From Pontiella sp. (GTDB lineage: Bacteria; Verrucomicrobiota; Kiritimatiellia; Kiritimatiellales; Pontiellaceae), in NCBI GenBank assembly GCA_050290185.1, contig JBNKHE010000002.1, positions 320,001 through 384,000 of the forward strand: a DNA stretch of 64,000 nt, in the 5' to 3' direction. Numbering within the stretch: position 1 is the first letter of the stretch; each line of letters opens with the position of its first letter. This document shows positions 58,660 to 64,000 of this stretch, in pieces. A program made the translations under genes and the position numbers. The notes beneath the pieces were generated by a model. That model was not told the origin of the DNA. It was given only the letters and a program-made list of their open reading frames with translations, and did not search any database.

Positions 58660-61600
58660 TTATTGCAGGCCGATATTCAACCGCATGAATTCGTTGGTTT
58701 GCGTTGATATCAGGAATGCCGAACGTGCTGTGAGGTTGGTCGTACTGTCTTCCAGCACAACTGTTGTCGCCGAGCTCCAGTCGTTGGACACCAGATTCGT
58801 GGTGCGTTCAACGGCATAGTCGATATCGGGCGCGACCCCATCGCGTGCGTACGACACCTGAAAATAGCCGCCGATCATCCCGGCCAGCCCCGATGCCGGC
58901 ACCGATCCGGCATCCGTTGCCAAGGAGCCCATGGCGTACTCCCACAGATTCCAGTATCCGTCAAAATCGGCATCGTCATAGGGATCGCGGTTGAGACCCA
59001 GTGCATCGCCGTTTTCCAACTGCCAGGTGGCATAACCACCGCTGGAGGCACCGACTGGATCCGATTGCCAGATGGCCCCGCCATCGCCCACGGTGATGAA
59101 TGTGCCGTCATAATAGACGGCCGCATTGCGATCATCCTGGCCGGGCGTGGAAATCTCCGACCAGTTGACGCCATCGAGCGAGACCAGATTGATGTCGGTG
59201 GCCGAGCTGTAGTAGTTGCCCGCCGCCAGATAGGTTCCGTTTCCGTAGGCGAACGCCGGGATGTCGTAGGTATCGCTTAGGTTGTTGGTAAAGGTTGCAC
59301 CCTGGTCGGTAGAATACTGGATACTGGAGCGCCACCCACCTGCCAGAAAACGATCATTGCAGTACTGGATATGGAACAGCCACATATTATCCGTAATGTC
59401 CACCCCGCTGGAATGATCCGTCCAAGACGACCCGTTGGAGGACGTTAGCACGACCTCCGGTGTCGTGCCGCCCTCGTCGCCCACCACGACAAACACGCCG
59501 TCGCCATAACTGACGCCCTGCAAGTCGGTGCTGGTGCCGGACGAGACCGTGCTCCAGCTGATCCCATCGGTCGAGCGGACAATCGTGCCGTTGTCGCCGA
59601 CAGCCACATAGTAGCCCCCGCCATAGGCAACATCGTTAAGGCGGATATTGGAGACACTGCCGGAATTGGAATCGTAGCGTTCCGTCCAAGAGGTTCCGTC
59701 CGGTGAGGTATAGATGGTCTGCTCCCATCCCCCCACGCCAAAATCATAGTCCATGCCCACGGCAATAAATTTGGCCCCGTCATGGGTGACTGCACGGAGA
59801 AAAATATTCTGAGATGGGACATTATAACTGATGAGCGACGTCCAATTGGTTCCATCATCCGAATAGAGCGTAGTTTCTTCGTCGGTCACCGCGACAAGAC
59901 GGCTCCCGCCCAAAGCTATATCCATTAGATTTATCGAAATGCCCGAGGTGCGTTGCGTCCAGTTCTCAAGCGGGCTGGACAGGATTACGGATTGGGAAAC
60001 CTTGTTGGTTCCGCCTTTCATGTCGGACACCACGCATCTCACGGTTGCGGTGCTGCCGGAAAGCCAAGCCACGGGAATCGTGGCCGCGTTGGGTTTCACC
60101 AGGCCATCGCCGATATCCCAATGGTAGGCCAGCTCGTCGCCATCAAGATCCGAGGCGGTTACGCTGAACAGCGCACTCTCCTGAACGCCGAGACTGGGCG
60201 GCCCGCTGATCGAAGCCGTCGGCGGATTGTTGCCGGGAAACGCCCCCAGATTGACGGTGATGTCCATCCAGGCATTCGAGCTCTGCCCGCCGCGCGCCAC
60301 CGGAGTGATGTGCACATCGGCGGATGTATCGGAATAGGTCTGGCCCAGCACCAATCCACCGTCATATTTTCCGTCAGCGGATTGCGGGGAGAGGTCGAGC
60401 AGATAGGACCGGTTGTCACCCGATTTTTTCCAGAGTAGGTAGGCTCCGCGGCCATAGGTTTCATAACCCGGATATTCCTGCCGCAGGCCGACCCAATACT
60501 GATCGCTTCCGCCCTTGTCGATTTCGAGCCCCTTGAGGACTCCCATAGTCTGGTAATCATCGAAGCGATAGACCCGATAGGTTCCGGAGGTGGAAACCGT
60601 CTGCCATTCGGAGGAGTCGAGCCACCCGATGTGGCGCTTGTGCCAGCAATTGAAATGCCCTTCCGGCACATCGCCCGAACCCATGATATCCGTGAAGTCG
60701 CCATACTCGGTCGCGGTGCCGGACGGATCGACCGGACTGTTCCCCGTCACGGCCCACGAAGACGCGTGCCTGGCGCCATAGTTGTGCCCCAACTCGTGAA
60801 CCACTACGTCTGGAGTCGTATAGCCATTAAGCCATAATTTGCTCCCTCCGACACTGGCCAGACCGGCCCACGAAAAGCCCCCCACGGACGGAAAGAGCAC
60901 ACACACGGTTTCATAGGATGAAAGGTCGGTGCCACCCAACGCCGCAACGGCATCGGCATGCAGCAAGTCCACATCATTCGTGTAGGTGCTCATCGGATGC
61001 GGGAGGCGATAGGTGGTCGGGGTGACCGTTCCAACGATATACGTCTGTTCATACGACATTTCGGAAATCTGCTGCGCAACCGTAGAGTTGAGCGAGTTGG
61101 AAAAAGCCGTCGGATCGGCGGGCTGCCCTGTGTTGTCGGGAAAGTCGACCATGATCACATACATGTCGCGGGCGGTGCCGGCCCAGGCCGCCGCAGCCGC
61201 ATTCGCGGCGGTCTCGAGCGCGGCAAAATCAATTTCCCCATTGATGACATATGCTTCAAGCGGTTCGAAAAGCGCCTGCGCCCCGCTATCGGGCCCGGGC
61301 AGTTCTTCCAGTGCCGCGATCCGCTCATTCGCTTCGTCGAATGCGGCGCGGTTTTTGAAATAGAAGAGTTTCCCGCCGGCCAGTGCCGCAACGGATTCAC
61401 CTCCCGGGTCAGCCATGGCGACAGGATACATCGATCGTGCCGCCTCAAGGTCGGCAGCCCCCAGCAATTGGAAAACATTCGGGCGCAATGCACCAACGCC
61501 ATCGATTTCGATCCCCTGCACCGGCATGCCGTGCTTGGAAGCAAGGCCGCTACGTCGCCCGTATACATGGGTTTCAAGTTTTGCACCGGTCGGCAGCTCG

Positions 61601-62004
61601 GTCTGGATGAAGGTCTCGCTGTCGTCCGGTCCACAGGCGATCAGTACCTCCACATTGGCTACGGCACTGAAAGGCCGCTCAACATGTTGACGAATCTCGG
61701 GCGGCAGGCTTTGCCACTCGGAAAGGGTCAGCGATTCCAGAATGGCCTGTTCGGGATGGGTCTGGATCAGGTCGCGCATCCGGACGCCGCGCTGTTTTGC
61801 CAGTTCAATCCCCTGCGACAAATCGGCGCCGTTCCCAGCCATCCATTCCCGCAGGCCGGCGGTTTTCCGTACACCAGGCTGAGCCGGAACTTCGGGATGC
61901 GCTTCGGGTGTCCCGCGGGAAGGGGTACGCTGCATTCGGACCAGTCCGGCAAGAATGAGCATGCCTAAAAGGATGAATAGTCCGTTTCTTTGCCACGTGC
62001 GCAT
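58660..62004 (-). CDS. secreted metzincin metallopeptidase (M11/M6-like) with PKD-like and beta-propeller repeats
   Basis: HELGHNYGARH zinc motif, YGDFTDIMG Met-turn, NNPPTA..SDLDGD PKD-like, repeated VAYGxG.YVAVG...S.DG.SW, C-terminal DADFDG and EFMRL. Confidence 0.85.
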   Translation of the reverse strand: MRTWQRNGLFILLGMLILAGLVRMQRTPSRGTPEAHPEVPAQPGVRKTAGLREWMAGNGADLSQGIELAKQRGVRMRDLIQTHPEQAILESLTLSEWQSLPPEIRQHVERPFSAVANVEVLIACGPDDSETFIQTELPTGAKLETHVYGRRSGLASKHGMPVQGIEIDGVGALRPNVFQLLGAADLEAARSMYPVAMADPGGESVAALAGGKLFYFKNRAAFDEANERIAALEELPGPDSGAQALFEPLEAYVINGEIDFAALETAANAAAAAWAGTARDMYVIMVDFPDNTGQPADPTAFSNSLNSTVAQQISEMSYEQTYIVGTVTPTTYRLPHPMSTYTNDVDLLHADAVAALGGTDLSSYETVCVLFPSVGGFSWAGLASVGGSKLWLNGYTTPDVVVHELGHNYGARHASSWAVTGNSPVDPSGTATEYGDFTDIMGSGDVPEGHFNCWHKRHIGWLDSSEWQTVSTSGTYRVYRFDDYQTMGVLKGLEIDKGGSDQYWVGLRQEYPGYETYGRGAYLLWKKSGDNRSYLLDLSPQSADGKYDGGLVLGQTYSDTSADVHITPVARGGQSSNAWMDITVNLGAFPGNNPPTASISGPPSLGVQESALFSVTASDLDGDELAYHWDIGDGLVKPNAATIPVAWLSGSTATVRCVVSDMKGGTNKVSQSVILSSPLENWTQRTSGISINLMDIALGGSRLVAVTDEETTLYSDDGTNWTSLISYNVPSQNIFLRAVTHDGAKFIAVGMDYDFGVGGWEQTIYTSPDGTSWTERYDSNSGSVSNIRLNDVAYGGGYYVAVGDNGTIVRSTDGISWSTVSSGTSTDLQGVSYGDGVFVVVGDEGGTTPEVVLTSSNGSSWTDHSSGVDITDNMWLFHIQYCNDRFLAGGWRSSIQYSTDQGATFTNNLSDTYDIPAFAYGNGTYLAAGNYYSSATDINLVSLDGVNWSEISTPGQDDRNAAVYYDGTFITVGDGGAIWQSDPVGASSGGYATWQLENGDALGLNRDPYDDADFDGYWNLWEYAMGSLATDAGSVPASGLAGMIGGYFQVSYARDGVAPDIDYAVERTTNLVSNDWSSATTVVLEDSTTNLTARSAFLISTQTNEFMRLNIGLQ

Positions 62005-62332
62005 AATCATCTCCTCCGGAATAGGTTGCCAGTGGCTTGCGTATACCAAAAAACGGAGAATGAATAACGGCTAAATTGATCCTATTTTGCGTAAATTTTC
62101 GAATGGCTGATGACTTTCATGCAAATTTTTCCGCGGAGGCGTAACTCTGCATGTTCCATGCTTTACAACACGATTAGAGGTATTGATCTTGCATACTCTG
62201 CTTTCTGTTGATTGATGGTCTCCTGCCCAAAAGGCAAAACATCTACTCTACCTGCTCCAAGTACCATTAATACAGTGCGTTGCAAGAAACATCCAAGTTG
62301 ACATTGCGAGACATTCTAATGATATTTCTTAA

Positions 62333-63244
62333 ATGAAATACCTTATTACTATTCCCCGAGCTCCCTATATGAGATCCATGTCAATTATCGCATTAGCATC
62401 TGGATTGTTGCTTCAGATGGCCCATGCCAGTCAAATCAACCTAACCCACCGCTACAGCTTCAATGACGGCACCGCCTCAGACTCGGCGGGAAGCTTTAAT
62501 GGAACACTCGTGAACGGAGCGATGGTAAGCGGTGGAAACCTCGTTTTAGCGAACGATGGAATCAGTACGGAGTCAGCCACCGGACAATACGTTTCTCTTC
62601 CTGGAAACATTCTGCGTACAAGTAACTTCACGTTGGAGACCTGGTTCACGTTCAATGGTGGAAATCCATGGCAGCGGCTGATCGATCTGGGTAATAGCAT
62701 TCCCGATGAAACACGGGGAACGGTTGGCGATGGCTTCATCATTATTACCCTAAACGGACTAAACAACCCTTTGGGACAAACCTCAATCAATAGCTGGGGG
62801 AATCCCACCGCCACAGATTTCGTTTATGGAACCAACAGCATGCCCATTGGAGGAGAACATGTCCTCACCTACATCCACAGCACCGATACTCAAATTGAAG
62901 AGCTCTACCTAGACGGAGTGATGATTGGCAGCATGGCCGCAACGAATGCAAACCCCGCCGATGCGGTCTATACCAACTTTTATCTTGGCCGATCGCAGTT
63001 CGCTCAGGATCCCTACTACAATGGCTCATTTGATGAAATACGAACCTACGATGGCGCAATGACTAGCGCACAGGTTCTTGAAAGCTATACTACCGGCCCC
63101 GACATTGTGGCAGTCCCCGAGCCCGGTTCGGCGTGCCTGGTTGCGGTGGGCGGATATTTGTTGGTTCAATTCCGCCGGAAACGGAATAAGATTGCTGCCG
63201 AAAACAGTGCCGGTTGCAGACACAGGAAATATGTAGAGTTTTGA
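62333..63244 (+). CDS. LamG-like domain PEP-CTERM protein
   Basis: HRYSFNDG, WQRLIDLG, GSFDEIRTYDGA; C-terminal VPEPGS + TM + RRKR. Start may be 62369 or 62378. Confidence 0.85.
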   Translation: MKYLITIPRAPYMRSMSIIALASGLLLQMAHASQINLTHRYSFNDGTASDSAGSFNGTLVNGAMVSGGNLVLANDGISTESATGQYVSLPGNILRTSNFTLETWFTFNGGNPWQRLIDLGNSIPDETRGTVGDGFIIITLNGLNNPLGQTSINSWGNPTATDFVYGTNSMPIGGEHVLTYIHSTDTQIEELYLDGVMIGSMAATNANPADAVYTNFYLGRSQFAQDPYYNGSFDEIRTYDGAMTSAQVLESYTTGPDIVAVPEPGSACLVAVGGYLLVQFRRKRNKIAAENSAGCRHRKYVEF

Positions 63245-63323
63245 CAACGATCTTGTTTATTTCCTTATTCTGCTCACATGCGAGTATCCCACTAGCCAAT
63301 CGCACTCCTCAAACAGCGTGCCG

Positions 63324-64000
63324 TCAGAACGGAACCGGCTCAGTCAAACGAATGGTTTGCGGAGAGGTATTGGCCCGCCACGCATAAATTTCCACTCCTT
63401 GGGTACCAGCAACCGTCAAGGCACCGGCATATGCGGGATCGATTTCATGCGCGGCGCGGAAGGCGGTGCCGTCGGAGCGGGGAATGACGTAGAGCATGGC
63501 GGCGCGGTGCCCGGCCTTTACGACATCCACCAATTCCAGCAGATGTTTGCGGCCACGTTCGGTGACCGCGTCAGGAAAAGCGTAGCATCCGTCTTCGGCC
63601 AGCAGGGTTACATTCTTTACCTCGACATAACAGAGCTCACCGCCATTCCTGAGCAAGAGATCGAAGCGGCTGTTGCCGAAGGTTTGCTCGCGCAGTACTT
63701 CGGCATAGCCGGCCAGCTCGGGAATCTTGCCGCTAGATACTGCCTCGAACGCCATTTCGTTGGCGCGGCCGGTGTTGACGCAGATCCAGCCGTTGCCGTT
63801 GTGCACCAGTTCCCAGGTATAGCGGTATTTACGTTTTGGATTCTGGCTATCGGATAACGCCACGCGCCAACCCGGTTCGGCGCAGGTCGTCATTCGTCCG
63901 GTGTTCGGGCAATGAGCGGTAATCACCGTTCCGTCTTCCAGCTCCACGTCGGCCAGAAACCGTTTGTAGCGCTTGATCAGCGTTCCGAATATGACAGGTG
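63324..64000 (-). CDS. sfsA: DNA/RNA nuclease SfsA (start beyond the window end)
   Basis: LIKRYKRFLADV, AHCPNTGRM, SRFDLLL, YVEVKNVTL and FPDAVTERGRKHL motifs. Confidence 0.95.
   Translation of the reverse strand, partial: PVIFGTLIKRYKRFLADVELEDGTVITAHCPNTGRMTTCAEPGWRVALSDSQNPKRKYRYTWELVHNGNGWICVNTGRANEMAFEAVSSGKIPELAGYAEVLREQTFGNSRFDLLLRNGGELCYVEVKNVTLLAEDGCYAFPDAVTERGRKHLLELVDVVKAGHRAAMLYVIPRSDGTAFRAAHEIDPAYAGALTVAGTQGVEIYAWRANTSPQTIRLTEPVPF

Overview
This is a bacterial chromosome segment, mostly about 55-60% GC by eye, with mostly housekeeping genes. They are: a partial UvrD/PcrA helicase, tRNA-Thr(CGT), proC, yggS, holA, HIT, gloB, thiF, trpB2, an Ala/Gly symporter, a CPA2 antiporter with PTS-EIIA, the complete mrpA-G operon, HU, murA, ppa, gyrB/gyrA, pncA/pncB and a partial sfsA. 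Interspersed are large secreted LamG/CBM9/metallopeptidase proteins, a PEP-CTERM protein and an ECF sigma factor with a membrane-anchored extension. That gene content suggests a PVC-superphylum organism, probably Kiritimatiellota/Verrucomicrobia-like (inference only). I saw no CRISPR array, rRNA, prophage or intact transposase/integrase. Most notable observations: (1) a 10-kb locus (42.1-52.2 kb) where four ungapped copies of a 40-bp direct-repeat promoter element, each with a -10-like box at fixed spacing, precede a small ORF, a double-SnoaL protein and two paralogous TPR/CBM9 secreted proteins, the last running into a sensor kinase and OmpR-type regulator; (2) a GxxExxY nuclease gene bracketed by 24-bp inverted repeats inside the yggS-proC pair, plus several ORF-less relatives of the same 9-nt-periodic repeat, most of them right after stop codons; (3) a 149-bp diverged duplication flanking a secreted-protein gene and an IS30 relic; (4) a LamG domain nested inside another domain; (5) a G13 tract upstream of an outer-membrane protein gene; (6) a Cys-to-Asp MurA.
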